Shown: positions 1 to 12,030 of the stretch, piece by piece | Position numbering within the stretch: position 1 is the first letter of the stretch | How the letters are laid out: the number at the start of each line of letters is the position of its first letter | Assembly (NCBI RefSeq): GCF_044704955.1 | Contig: NC_091989.1 | Location: 85,498,001-85,562,000 of the forward strand | Source of the DNA: Pristiophorus japonicus | Lineage: Eukaryota | DNA length: 64,000 nucleotides | Direction of reading: 5' to 3' | The notes under the pieces: model-generated | Told to the model about the DNA's origin: nothing | Database searches by the model: none | What the model saw: the letters and a program-made list of their open reading frames with translations, nothing else | Made by a program: the position numbers and the translations under genes

Positions 1-389
1 TTTGAAAGTTTTCTGCTTTTTCCTCCTCTCCCTCTGGGTTAAAGTTGGTGTTGAAGCCCCTTCCTTCCTTTTCTTCCTGGGCTGGTCTCAGGGCTCTCCA
101 GGCAGGAGCACAGGTTGATGGCTGCTCTCCTCACTGCTCTCAGCTCCAACTGAGCAGGACACGCCTCCACTGCTCCACGATTGGTTCCTTGTGCATGAAA
201 CTCTTTTGAGTTTACCTGCAAAATATAAAAACATTAAACGGTGCCACCCGACCTGGGTGACACTCCAGACATTTACAAGGCCCTTTTTTTTCCCCCCCCT
301 TTTTTTTTTTTTTTGTGTTTTTCTTTTCTTTTTTTTTGTTTTTTTTTTGGGCACTAAAATCACAATTTTCCCCAGTGCCCCCTATAAAA

Positions 390-1099
390 GGGATCCTTGT
401 GCATGAATGACAGAAGGATAGTTTGCAGGTGTAGCAGGCAATCAGGAAGGCAAATGGAATGTTGGCCTTCATTGCAAAAGGGATGGAGTACAAAAGTAGG
501 GTGATTCTGCTGCAATTGTATAGGGTATTGGTAAGGCCGCACCTGGAGTACTGCATGCAGTTTTGGTCACCTTACATAAGAAGGATATACTGGGGGTACA
601 GAGACGATTCACTCGGCTGATTCCGGAGATGAGGGGGTTACCTTATGATGATAGATTGATTAGACTGGTCTTTACTCATTGGAGTTCAGAAGGATGAGGG
701 GTGATCTTATAGAAACATTTAAAATCATGAAAGGGATAGACAGGATAGAGGCAGAGAGGTTGTTTCCACAGGTCGGGTAGACTCGAACTAGGGGGCACAG
801 CCTCAAAATACGGGGGAACCAATTTAAAACTGAGTTGAGAAGGAATTTCTTGTCCCAGAGGGTTGTGACTTTGTGGAATAATCTGCCCAAGGAAGCAGTT
901 GAGGCTAGCTTATTGAATGTATTCAAGTCACAGATAGATAGATTTTTAACCAATAAGGGAATTAAGGGTTACGGGGAGAGGGCAGGTAAGTGGAGCTGAG
1001 TCCACGGCCAAATCAGCCATGATCTCATTGAATGGCGGAGCAGGCTCGAGGGGCTAGATGGCCTACTCCTGTTCCTAATTCTTATGCTCTTGTGTTCTA
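390..1099 (+). mobile_element. CR1 LINE, 5'-truncated 3' fragment (end of RT ORF2 plus 3' UTR and tail)
   Basis: Encodes CR1 C-terminal motifs (KANGMLAFIA, LVRPHLEYC, EFRRMRGDLIE) and ends in ggcctactcctgttcctaattcttatgctcttgtgttct, matching other CR1 tails in the window. Confidence 0.9.
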
Positions 1100-1148
1100 A
1101 ATGACTACTATCAACAAATGAAAACTGGCGCTGTAATTTCTTGCACAG

Positions 1149-1207
1149 ATCATCAGCCTCCTTCCCAAACACGGACCAGACAATGAATGAAACTGCCGGG
1201 AAACTAG
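1149..1207 (+). CDS. Possible penultimate cytoplasmic exon of an upstream gene (SSASFPNTDQTMNETAGKL)
   Basis: Acceptor tttcttgcacag, donor AG|gtaaat, open in phase 2->1. No homology evidence. Confidence 0.25.
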
Positions 1208-1376
1208 GTAAATGCTTCAAAAGTAACAATGATAAAAACAATAAAGTTCCTAATAATCCATTGCAAAAGTTTATCAGTGACATACTTTGCTTCGAATTTT
1301 GTGAATAGATACCAGCTTTGCTTGTTTTGAGCCCATCTTCACTGGCCCTCCGGATATGATTGTCTGTACCTCGTAG

Positions 1377-1414
1377 ATATGGCAAATAACCATATCTACG
1401 AGGTACCGACATAA
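1377..1414 (+). CDS. Possible terminal coding exon (D-MANNHIYEVPT*) of an upstream receptor gene
   Basis: Acceptor ttgtctgtacctcgtag. Phase 1 matches exon 1149-1207. Ends in a Tyr motif then TAA, followed by AT-rich non-repeat sequence resembling a 3' UTR. Confidence 0.25.
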
Positions 1415-2506
1415 CTCCACATGGCTCCATCTGCCTCTGACTCAATTCTGGCTGTTTGCGAGCTCCTTGCCAATTATGTCAAAAGTTAAGTTCTTAACCA
1501 TGCTTTAATGGGAATCCAGGTAGTGTTTTCATATAGGACGTAACCAATTTATTCCAGTCTCATGTTCAAAAAATGTTCTGCCATAAAAGTTACTGATTTT
1601 GTAGATTATGTTCTTAGATTTACGGTTCAACAGTTATGTTTATTTCAGATAACATATTTTCATTGTAATTGCTTTTGGTGTAATTTTGGTGTCACTCTTT
1701 CCTCCAAGTACTTCCCTTCCCCTTTTCCCTACAGATTTCATAACATTCATTTATCTTAGTTATTCAGTTATCCTGTTATTATTTTAGATTAACGTTTCAT
1801 TACTGATGCCAAAGATGTGTAACATACAGTCTTCGATACGATATTTCAATATATTCCTGATATAAAATCGCAAGAAATATATTTAAACTGGAATGTGAAA
1901 CTTTATTTTTGTTGTTCTGTAAGCTTCAGTTTTATCAGCAATAATACATAACGCAATCATATAATAAGCAGATTTTGGATTGATTATCTTGCTCCGATGC
2001 GAGTTGCCCTCAAGCATAAACATGGAAGTCCTAGACTGCTATAATTATCAATAGAGACAGTTTTTGTGCAGGTTAGGCCCATGAGTGAGATTAACCGAAA
2101 TCTATGAATGATGTCTTACAACATATTCTGGTTAATAGCGTTTTGCTGAATGAAAACTTATTTTGAGTTTGGGACATTACAGAGATTATCAAACCCATAG
2201 TTCCATTAATGATCTACACTCTCTCCAATTATTTTGATTTAATCCCTTAATGTCGCAATGGCATCACATTATGTAAAATTGGGGGTTGTGCAACGCACAG
2301 TGGAAAATCTATAGTTACTGAGCTTGAAATGACATCTGTAACTTTATAATATGAGATGTCGAATTCTAGCTAATTCCAACATGAGCACATACTTGAGAAT
2401 TATTTTGCAGAACTATTTATCTGTTTGACAAATGAACAAATGCAGCAGAACGCAACATTGGTGAACGTCAATTATAGTCTTATTGCATTTCCACTGCCTT
2501 ATTCAA

Positions 2507-2682
2507 GCATGAGAGAAGCGGTTGTGATGAGAGGCTGTAACGCACGAGGGAAACGGTTGTGAGGAATGGCTGTATTGCATGAGAGAAGCGGTTGTGACAG
2601 ATGTCTGTAATGCACGAGGGAAACAGTTGTGAGGAAAGGCTGTCTCGCACGAGGGAAGAGGTTGCGAAGAGAGTGCACACGC
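2507..2682. repeat. 35-bp minisatellite, about 5 copies
   Basis: Units start at 2507, 2542, 2577, 2612, 2647 (gcaYgagRgaaRcggttgtga...ggctgt). Confidence 0.9.
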
Positions 2683-3766
2683 TTGTGCAATGAAGATTCT
2701 GAAAAATAAAATCCGAACCTGAAAACGTGATTTCAGAAGAGCGGTGGAGCTTGAGGAATTAAATATAAATATTTAATATATTACATAATTAAATCGAGTG
2801 ATTATATAACTGATCAAATCGAGGGGAAATAAAGTAACTATATGTAAATAGATGGCACTAACATTAAAGGATTCCACTTTTCATTAAATCTAAATCTGAT
2901 ACTGATATATGTACATATACACAATAAATAGCAGTGAAGGGAATAATAACGTAAATGCATCGATAAAAAATATGCTAATGAGCTAACAATTAACCTGAAA
3001 TCAGACTATTCAAAATTGTTTAACATAATGTGGACGTCAAGTAATTGTATCTTGAACTGAATTAATTCAAATAAATATATACATAAATACATGAATAAAA
3101 GCTACAAATCGCAGGCCAGGCTTTTTGTCGGGATGGGAATAAATGGGAGTTGTGGATATTGACAAAGTCCAGATTGCCACATCTGCTGAACTGCTTCCAG
3201 AGAGAAGTCACACCTTAGAAGAACGCACAGGCGCAGGAAGGGGAGGGCATCAGTGTTCATCAGCAGGGGAAGGTGCAAAAAGCGGAGATAGAGAAGAATG
3301 ACACGGAGACTCTGGCCCTGTCCATACGGTGCAATATACTTGCTGCCTGTGATGCAAGCTGCAGGGCGAATGCAAGCCATAGCATCTTGGAGCTGGGGGA
3401 TATCCAGGGCTGGTGTATAAATAAATAGAACGTTTGTCTTCAAAGGGGATTTGAAAATTATGGGGAATAGGGGCTTCTGCATTACCACTCGTGAGTCCAG
3501 ACGGGTCCGTTGTCCGTCTGCAGCATTGCAGGATTGGAAAGATAGGGGAAGATGAGCAGCGAGAGATTGAGGCAGAGTTTCAGCGAGTGATTGAGGTGGA
3601 AGAGCGATGAGAGATCGTGGTTGAGATTTGGTGAGTGAACGTGGGGGAAGTTCGGCGAATGAGTTGCTTGGAGAGATTGTGCGAACGGGCGCTGAGAGGT
3701 CGTGGAGGATGTGGGACAAACGTTGTTGTGGCAGAGGAGAAGCGAGAGAAGATGGCGGAGATGCAG

Positions 3767-3910
3767 AAACATTGAAACATAGAAAATAGGTGCAGGAGTA
3801 GGTCATTCGGAACTTTTAGCCTGTACCACCATTAAAATAAGAACATGGCTGATCATTCACCTCAGTACATCTTTCCTGCTTTCTGTCCATACCCCTTGAT
3901 ACCTTTAGGC
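3767..3910 (-). mobile_element. CR1 3' end fragment
   Basis: gaaacatagaaaataggtgcaggagtagg... matches the 3' end of the CR1 at 48157. Confidence 0.8.
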
Positions 3911-4184
3911 AAAATAGAAAGTGATTGTGGTGGAAGAGTGCTGAGAGACTGTGCCAGAGGAGCAGTGAGAGATGGGGGTGGAGTTGCGCCAAAGCTTTTT
4001 CAGGCAGAAGAGCGGCGACAGATCATGTCAGAGGTGCATTACGGATCATGGTGGAGGTGCCGCGCATGTCTGTGGCAGAGGAGTGGCGGGAGGTCATGGC
4101 AGAGATGCTGCAAATGAGGTTACGGGGCCGAGAAGAGCCGAGGGCCCAGGGGCAGCAAGGGAAAGCCCACACTGTGAAACGTGA

Positions 4185-4434
4185 GATCATTAGGCTGTAC
4201 AGGTCTCCTGTCGTCCTGATTAACACTTGACACTGGTAAAGATCTAGCTATCTCAAGCCCATGTGGTGGCTGATTTGCAACAGTCACCACACGTCAAATA
4301 AAATCCACAAACAGACATCCTCCACCCCATCAATTGGAGTTCAGGACTGGAATATCAGGTCCTTCATTGCAACATCTGTGAACCCACGTGGAAGCAAGTC
4401 AACCTCGCTCGAGGGATTGCCTATAATGATGATG
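4185..4434 (+). mobile_element. RTE-related short retroposon/SINE with (ATG)n tail
   Basis: Ends gtggaagcaagtcaacctcgctcgagggattgcctataatgatgatg, recalled as the RTE-type 3' terminus; family assignment not searched. Confidence 0.55.
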
Positions 4435-4439
4435 TTGCA

Positions 4440-5220
4440 AAGAAAAACGGCAATTTATAGCAAATGTAAACATACTAGGGGAGGGAGACGATCTAGTAGT
4501 AGTGGTCCATGTAGAGAGCACTGAATTGGTGATGAAAAATGAATAGCTCCTGCTACGACAATATTGGAAGTTAGGATCTAAAGAAAAAAGCAGGACTTCT
4601 TGGTAGTCCAACCAGATCTACGTGGTAATTGTTACAAGGATAGTCAGATCATGGAGGTGAATGCGTGGTGTGGGAGGGAGTTGTTCAATTTAGTAGCACA
4701 TTTGCGCCAGAACTGGGGCAGGAAGGAACTGCAGAACTGGTACCTGAACCGGAGACGGCCCAGTCTCCTAGAAAAAAAGGAAGAATTCGGCTGTCTATAA
4801 AACTTTAAAGTAATAAGACAGCGGGAGTGTAATGATGAAGATAACATAGGAGTAATGTTAATATAAAAAACGCGATGAGAGTAAAGGTCAAGGCCAGGTA
4901 AGAAACAAAGGTAACATAAAGGATCTGGGAGCAGATCCGGTTAAAGAACAGACGTATAAACACACTGTTAAAACATATGTAAAAAGAGGAACTGCTGGAG
5001 ACGAATTAATCATTCTGCGCAGTATTGTACTCATCATCCAAAATGAAACGGGGAAATGGAGGCAATAATACGTAGCGAGGATCCAGATGCAGTAGGAATC
5101 GTCATCATCACCTTCATCATAACTTAAACATGGCTACATGAACAGAATTGGCAATGGAATATTGCAGGTTATATTGTTTGAAGCTGTCGGGATTTAAAAA
5201 CAGCCTGATTGTGAAGGAGT
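4440..5220 (+). mobile_element. Old, decayed CR1 fragment (ORF1 esterase end and start of endonuclease)
   Basis: Remnant EGDDLVVVVHV resembles ORF1 EGEQPVVMVHIG of the full copy; PDAVGI...TWL-like endonuclease start near 5080-5135. Confidence 0.6.
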
Positions 5221-5559
5221 CCCCAACATCAAAAACAGCCGGTGTGTCGATCTCTCGGGCTTTCAGAAAAAGATCGCCGCAGCAGAGCCAACTGACCTTT
5301 CAAAAGGCGAAGTGAAATGTAATAAAAATATGACGTCACAAAACACCAGGGAATAATTGTTTCTTCCATGTTACTTCAATCACAGGAAAGAGAGATAAAT
5401 ATTACGACATCCGGTTTAACTTTTTCCAATGAATTACTTTCTGATTCTAAATTAATTTAAAATTAATCCATGCATTATTTGATTTGACTTTACTATAATT
5501 AATCTTGATTTGGCTGATTCTACCATTGTAGAATCCTTACATAATTGTAGACTTCCTGT

Positions 5560-8500
5560 CGTACTATTTACCATGACAATTGTTTTTTTTTAATTTGTCG
5601 CCTGTGTCTATTTGCATACGCATTTCAGCTGCCACTTTGGAGCCAAGCCAATTATTTCTATTTACACTTCAATTACCTGCTTTTTCTCTTCTTCCGTCCC
5701 TGGTCAGTCTCTAATATCAGTTAACCGCCTCTCGTCTCTCCTCTCATGTATACTCTGTCCTCCAAAATCCCTATGCCAACACTTCATTATTTTACCACCT
5801 TCCTACTCTAGTGCTTCCGTCTCAGACTTCACTACATTTTGAACAAGACTGCAACCTCACTCTGTGCCTCTCTTGGCATTCTGCGAAGGGCACACCATTG
5901 CACTCGTCGTTGTCTCCTCAGAAGCACCAACCGAGACTGTCCAATACAAATCTCTCACCGATGTTATCGCCCATCTTACCCAGCAAGGGCTAACCATGCA
6001 CAATTCTTCCCGTGCAACTCATCCCTCCAAGCAATGACCATGTGTATTAAAAACATAAAAAGTTGGAAATCTCAGCGGGTCAGGCAGCATCTGTGGAGAA
6101 ATAAAAAGAGTTAATGTTTCAGGTCGATGAATGTTGGTCAGAAATGGTGAATGATCGAAAAGCACGTTCAAAATGAGCACTTAAATGAGGGGGTTGGGAT
6201 GTGGGGGAAGAAAAAGCAAAAGGGAACGATTGTGATGGGATGGAACGCAGCAGAGAATAGAGTGAAAAAATGGATGATGGGCCGAATTGAAATGCTAATG
6301 GAAGAAGATAGAAATATTTTAGGCCAGTTTGGGTCCGAATGGTGGAATAATGACTAGCTGTCATTAGAGACAAAGAGAAAAAAAGAAAACATTAAACTTG
6401 GGAGGGGGATGGAAAGTGAGCCAAAAATGGGCAGGGGTTATCTGAAATTGTTGAATTCGATGTTGAGTCTAGAAGACTGTAAAGTGCCTAAACAAACGAT
6501 GAGGTGCAATTCCTCGGGGTGGAATTCAGCTGCATTAGAACAGTGTAGGAGGCCGAGGACGGAGATGTCGGAGTGGAAGTGGAGCAGGGAATTAAAGTGA
6601 TAGGCAACCAGAAAATCCTGGTTAGGCTTATGGACTGAACGGATGTTCTCAGCAAATTTATGATTGGTCTCCGCAGTTTGGGGCCACCACATCGTGAGCA
6701 GTGAATACTGCATACAAATCCCTGTTTCACTTGAAAGGAGTATTTGGGGTGCAGGAGAGAGGGAAGCAAGGAGGTAAATGGGCAGGTGTTGCATCTCATG
6801 TGTTTGCACAGGACTTTGTCATGGGAAGGGGAGGGATGCAGGGAGTGAATGTGGAATGGACCAGGATTTCGTGGACAAGAATGGTCAATTCAGAATGCTG
6901 AGAGGGGAGGGGAGAGAAGGATGTGATTGGTGATGGGATCATTCTGGAGTTGGTGGAAATGGCAGAGGATGATCCATTGCATATGTAGATTGGTGGGGTG
7001 AATGGTGAGGTCAAGGCGAACCCTGTCCTGGTTCTGAGAGGGAGGGGAAGGGGTGAAGCAGAGGTGTGGGAAATAGAACACATGTGATCGAGGGCCATGC
7101 TAACCACGGCGGAGGGGAATCGTCAGTTGCAGAAAAAGGAAGACATGTCAGATGCAATAATGTGAAACGTGGTATCGATACATCAGATGTGACGGAGACA
7201 AAGAAACTGGGAGAAAGGAATGGTATCCTTACAGATTGCGGGGTGGGTGGAAGTGTAGTCCAGGTAACTGTGGTACTCAGTTGTCTTATTGTGGATGCTG
7301 GTCGATTGCCTATCCCTGGAAAGGGAGATGGAGAAGTAGAGGAAAGGAAGCGAAGAGTCAGAGATGGACCATCTGAAGATGAGGAAAGGTTGGAAATTGG
7401 ATGCAAAGTGAGATACATTTTCTAGTTCAGGGTGTCAGCAGGAAACGGCACTGACACATTCATCGGTATACCAGAAAAAGAGGTGAGGGTGTGGTCCCGA
7501 GTAGGACTGGTACAAAGAATGTTCCACATATCCCACGAAAAGACAGGCATAGCAAGAATCCATGTGGGTTCCATAGCAGCACCATTAATTTGTAGAGAGT
7601 GAGAGAATGGACAAGGGGAGCAAAATAGAGTCGAGTGAGGAATAAATAAGTGTTCTGGGGCAAGAACAGTCTGTAACGATGTGTCTACTAGGGCAGTCAT
7701 ATTTGTGGGTCTTGGGAAGGAAGGAATCTGGCCGTGCGTGGTTGGGGAACTATGAGTTTGGCGGCTATGGAGGGAAGATCTCCAGAGGGGATTAGGTCAG
7801 TGACGGTCTGGGGAATGATGGCTTGATGTTCAGTGTTGGGGTCGTGGTCCAGGGGAGGTAGGAGGAGGTGTCAGAGAGTTGGCGATCAGCTTCTGCATGG
7901 TCGAGGTCGGATTGCCAAACAAAACAGCACCACCTATGTCAGCAGGTTTAATGACAAAGTTAGGGTTGGATCTGAGCGAGCGGAGTGCTGCAAGTCCAGA
8001 GGCAGGTAGTTTGAAGTGAGTAAGGCGAGCAGAACAATTTAGACGGCAGATGTCTAGTTAGCATTTTGCAATGAAAAAATGTAGAGATGGTCAGACACCA
8101 GACGGAGGTGTTCAGGTAGATCGAGAAGTCTGAAAACGGGAGAAAGGGATATATATGGGAGGCCAAGATTCCTGGCCGAAAAATTGGGCATGGACGTGAA
8201 GGCGGCAGACATTTATTGAGGTGGGGGCATAAGGGGATGAAGCTCAATCCCCTGCTGAGGACAGATTATTCGGGGTCAGAAGGGATATTGAAAACACGGC
8301 AGGGAGTGAGATTGGAAGAAGGATTGGAATCAGAGAGAAGTATATGGGAAGAAGGTTCCGGAGGGTCGCTGGTGTCGCAGAGTTGTTGAAGTTTACAATC
8401 CTTCACACCTAAAAGGAAGGGGAAAAGGTTTTGGTTATAGCGCCGGATGAGGTGAAGAATGAAATGAAATGGCAGACCAGGTTAGCTAAGAGATTGAGTG

Positions 8501-11500
8501 AGTCAGTGCTGCTGAAGAGATAGATCGAGAGCGCGCATGTGGCAGTGCATAGCTTTGAGTGTAGATCACAGAACGTTGACTATCTCAGAGATATCTGTAA
8601 TGCTGCGTGGATCCAGAACATGAAGCGTAGAATTTCACTTGGAATCTACGTGGAATAAATCAGAGGCAGAGACAGTTACTGAGGAAAGAGATGTGTTTGT
8701 GAAAGTGAGTCTTGGCAAATGCTTAATCAAACATGAGGAGGGACACAGAAAGCAAAGTAGATGAACAAGGCATAAGAGACAAACGGAAAATCCGGCTGCG
8801 GGAAGAGCAGAACTTCTTGAGGGTGGGCATTCCTTGAAGAGAACTTGCAGTGAAATAAACACAAATACAAAATTTAAAATACTGCAGGTGCTGGAACCTG
8901 AAATAATAAACAGAAATGCTTGTAAATCTCAGCGGGTAAGCCAGCATCTGTTGAGAGAAAAATAGAGTTAAAGTTTCAGGTCGATGACCCTACCTCACAA
9001 TTGGCAAATATTGGAAAAGAAGATCCTTAAGGAGCACTGAAAGGGGGAAAGGCAGAAAGAACAAAAGGGAAGGTCTGTGATCATGCAGTGTATGCTTGCA
9101 GTGGATCAGCCATCACGTCTCCTCTGAAAATCTTTGTGCACAATGTCCATTCCCTTGTCAACAATGCCTTTGCTGTCCATGACCTTATCATGGATGACTG
9201 CATCGATGTCATAGCACTAATGGAAACATGGTTGAGGGAACATTACATAGCACCCCGAAGCCTCCCCTCCCGGCTACACGCTCCACCATTTGCTGCACCT
9301 AGATCGCAGTGGTGATTGCGTAGCTCTCATTAACAAATCATAACTTGGTCTGAGCCTGTAATCCTTTGGCACTTTCTCATCTGTTGAAAATTTTGCCTAT
9401 TCCACCCCTCTCAACTCTCATTCAAAACTATCGTTCTCTACGGCCCACCGAAGTATGAAAACAATTTTATCGTGGATATATCCTCACTACTTTCCTACCT
9501 CAGCCTTTGCATCGAGCGACTTTTTATCCTCGGTGACTTCAACCCCATCACAATTCATCATGCTCTTCCTCCTCTGAGTTGAATACCTTCCTGTCGTCCA
9601 TTAATTTCTCCCATTATGTACATTCTTCAACCCATATTTATGGCCATCCCCTTGAACTTGCAATCTCTCGTGGCCTTGCTTTTGAAAGATAAAACCATCT
9701 CTGACCATTTCCTTGGATCGCTCTCGACCCTTATCCCCCTTCCGCTATCCAAACCTACATCCTTCTGCATCTGCCGTGGAAAATACCCGCTGCACATTCT
9801 CTTACAACTGCACTTATCAACTCAAAACTGTCCAAACTTTGTCCCTATTTGAAATGTAATGTCTGCAGCCAATTATGTGCTCAACTGACCCTCTCCACAA
9901 CATTTGATGCCCTACAACCTATTGAAATGTTTAATCTCTCCCACAGTGGCCAGTCCCTCTGGTACAACCCTCATGTTTGTTCCCTCAATTCAAAGGGGCA
10001 CAGACGTGAATGGATGTGGCAGCCATCTGGTTTAGCCATTCACTGCAAGATCTGTCTCGAACACATAAACATTATCGGGTCCTACTCTTGTCTGCAGAAA
10101 CTGCTCCCTATTCAGAATCATTCTGGAAAACAAAAATAAACCCATCTCCTTAAAACCGTGTCCCCTGCTTCCACCAAACTTACCTCCAACAAAAAGTGTG
10201 AGAAGCGGGTGGACAAATTTGTCTCAAAGATTGAGACCATCTGATCAGCTGCCTCTGCGAGTTCTCTTCCTTCCCTTAGCCCACAGAGCCATACTTGCTC
10301 TGAGGCTCCCAGCTGCCCTTGCCCTAAACTTACATATTTCTCTAGTTTCTCTTTGATTTCCCATCTTGATCTCTCCAAGCTCATCGTGCCCATGAGATCC
10401 ACTTCCTGCTCCCTTCAACATATTCTGACTAAATTGCTGACCACCCAATTTCCTTTTTTGGCTCCCATGTTAGCCGACATTGTTAACGGTTGTCTCTCCC
10501 CTGGTATATTCCCATCTCCTTCAAATCTGCTGTCATTATCCCTCTCCTCAAACACCAACCCTTCACTTGACTTTGCTTGCTCGCTCCCGGCCCATTTTGA
10601 AGCTCTCTTTCCTGTCCAAGTACTTGAACCTGTTGTCGACTCGCAAATCCGTGACCATATTTCCCTGAATTCAATGTTTGAATCCCTTCAATTTGGTTTT
10701 CACCCCTGCCACTTTAACGGAACGGTTCTCATCAAAGTCACAAATAACATCCTTTGTGAATATGACAAAAGTCACCTATCCCTCCTTGTCCTTCTCAACC
10801 TGTCTGCAGCCTTGGACACAGTTGACCACTCCTTCCTCCGCCAAACCCTCTCAGCATTATCCAGCTAGGTGGGACCGCACTCGCCTGGTTCCATTCTTAT
10901 CTATCCAATCTTAGGCAGAAAATTTTCTGCAATGGCTTCTCTTCCCACTTCCGCATCGTTCCCTCTGGTGCGCTCGAAGGATTTATCTCTGTCCTCCTAC
11001 TATTGCTCATCTTTATTCTGCCTCTTAGCCATATCATCCGAAAAGACGGAGTCAGTTTCCACATGTATGCTGATGACACCCAGCTCCACATCGCCCCACT
11101 TCTCTCGACCCCTGCTTCGTATCTAATTTTTCAGTCTGATTTTTCAACATCCACTATTGGATGGGCAGAAATTTCTCCAATCAAATATTGGGAAAACCGA
11201 AGCCATTATCTTTGGTCCCCGCCACAAACTGTGTTCCTTAACCACTGACACCATCCCTCTCCCAAGCATGAATCTTAGGGTGAAGAAGACTATTCGCAAC
11301 CTAGGTGTCATATTTGACCCCTGAAATGAGTTTCCGGCAACATATCCACGGCATGACTAAAACTCCCATTCTCCACTGTAAAAATGCCCGCATCCGCCCC
11401 TCCCTCAGCTCTTCTGCTGATGAAACCCTCATTTTTATCTTTGTTACAACTAGACATGACTATTCCAAATCACTGTCGGCTGGCCTCCCACTTTGTACAC

Positions 11501-12030
11501 TACTTAAACTTGAGGTCATCCAAAACTCAGCAGCCCATGTCCTAACTCGCACAAAGCAACGGCCAGCTATCACCTCTGTGCTTTCTGACCTACATTTGCT
11601 TCCAGTTGAACAACGCCTCGATTTCATCCTTATTTGCAAATCAATCCATGGCCTTGCCCCTCCCTATCTCTGCAATCCTTATCAGACTCACAATCTCACA
11701 AGATGTCTGCACTCCTCAAATTCTGTGCTGTTGAACATCCCTCATTAAAACGGCTCAACCATCGGTGGCCATGTCTTCAGCTGTTTGTGCCCTAAGCTCT
11801 GTAACTGCCTTCATAAATATCTCTGCCTCTGTACCTCTCTTTCTTCCTTTAAGTCGCTTCTTAAAATTTACCTCTTTTACCAAGCTTTTGTTCTTCTGCC
11901 ATATTTCTTCTTTTGTGGCTCGGTGTCAAATGTATCTGTTTTGTCTTAAGCCACTGCTGATTAGCGAATGGGATGTTTTACTATGTTAAAGGCGCTATAT
12001 AAAAAAAGTAGTTTGTGTTGTTGCTATTGT
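5560..12030 (+). mobile_element. L2 LINE, decayed, split by a Penelope-like insertion (L2 parts about 5560-6046 and 9086-12030)
   Basis: APE motifs (HNVHSLVNNA, IDVIALMETWL, YGPP, LGDFN), RT motifs (LLNLSAALDTVDH, FHMYADDTQL), C-terminal IQNSAAHVL, and L2-type tail ggcgctatataaaaaaagtagtttgtgttgttg. The 5' part is less certain. Confidence 0.85.
6047..9085 (-). mobile_element. Penelope-like retroelement (RT plus GIY-YIG endonuclease), decayed, with direct terminal repeats (pLTR)
   Basis: Minus-strand remnants: GAAM (RT, GVAMG-like), CNTCPFTS...SFQVKQ...CSRCG (GIY-YIG region) and HFNS...DISVLGLLHC...EELHLIVCLGTLQ...NIEFNNF* C-terminus. Direct repeat ...aaatctcagcgggt...cagcatctg...gtttcaggtcgatga at about 6055-6145 and 8910-9000. 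Confidence 0.88.

Noticed and set aside
1-390. Poly(T) tract, gggcact...agtgccc hairpin and Lys/Phe-rich ORFs
   Set aside because: Probably the end of a retroelement cut by the window edge; cannot be classified, and the ORFs are homopolymer artefacts.
3102-3806. 234-aa Ser/Pro/Leu-rich ORF
   Set aside because: Arises from GA-rich low-complexity DNA and a CR1 tail; no domain signal.
5300-5420. CRE (TGACGTCA) and ETS-like motifs as a promoter
   Set aside because: Sits between decayed LINEs with no linked exon.
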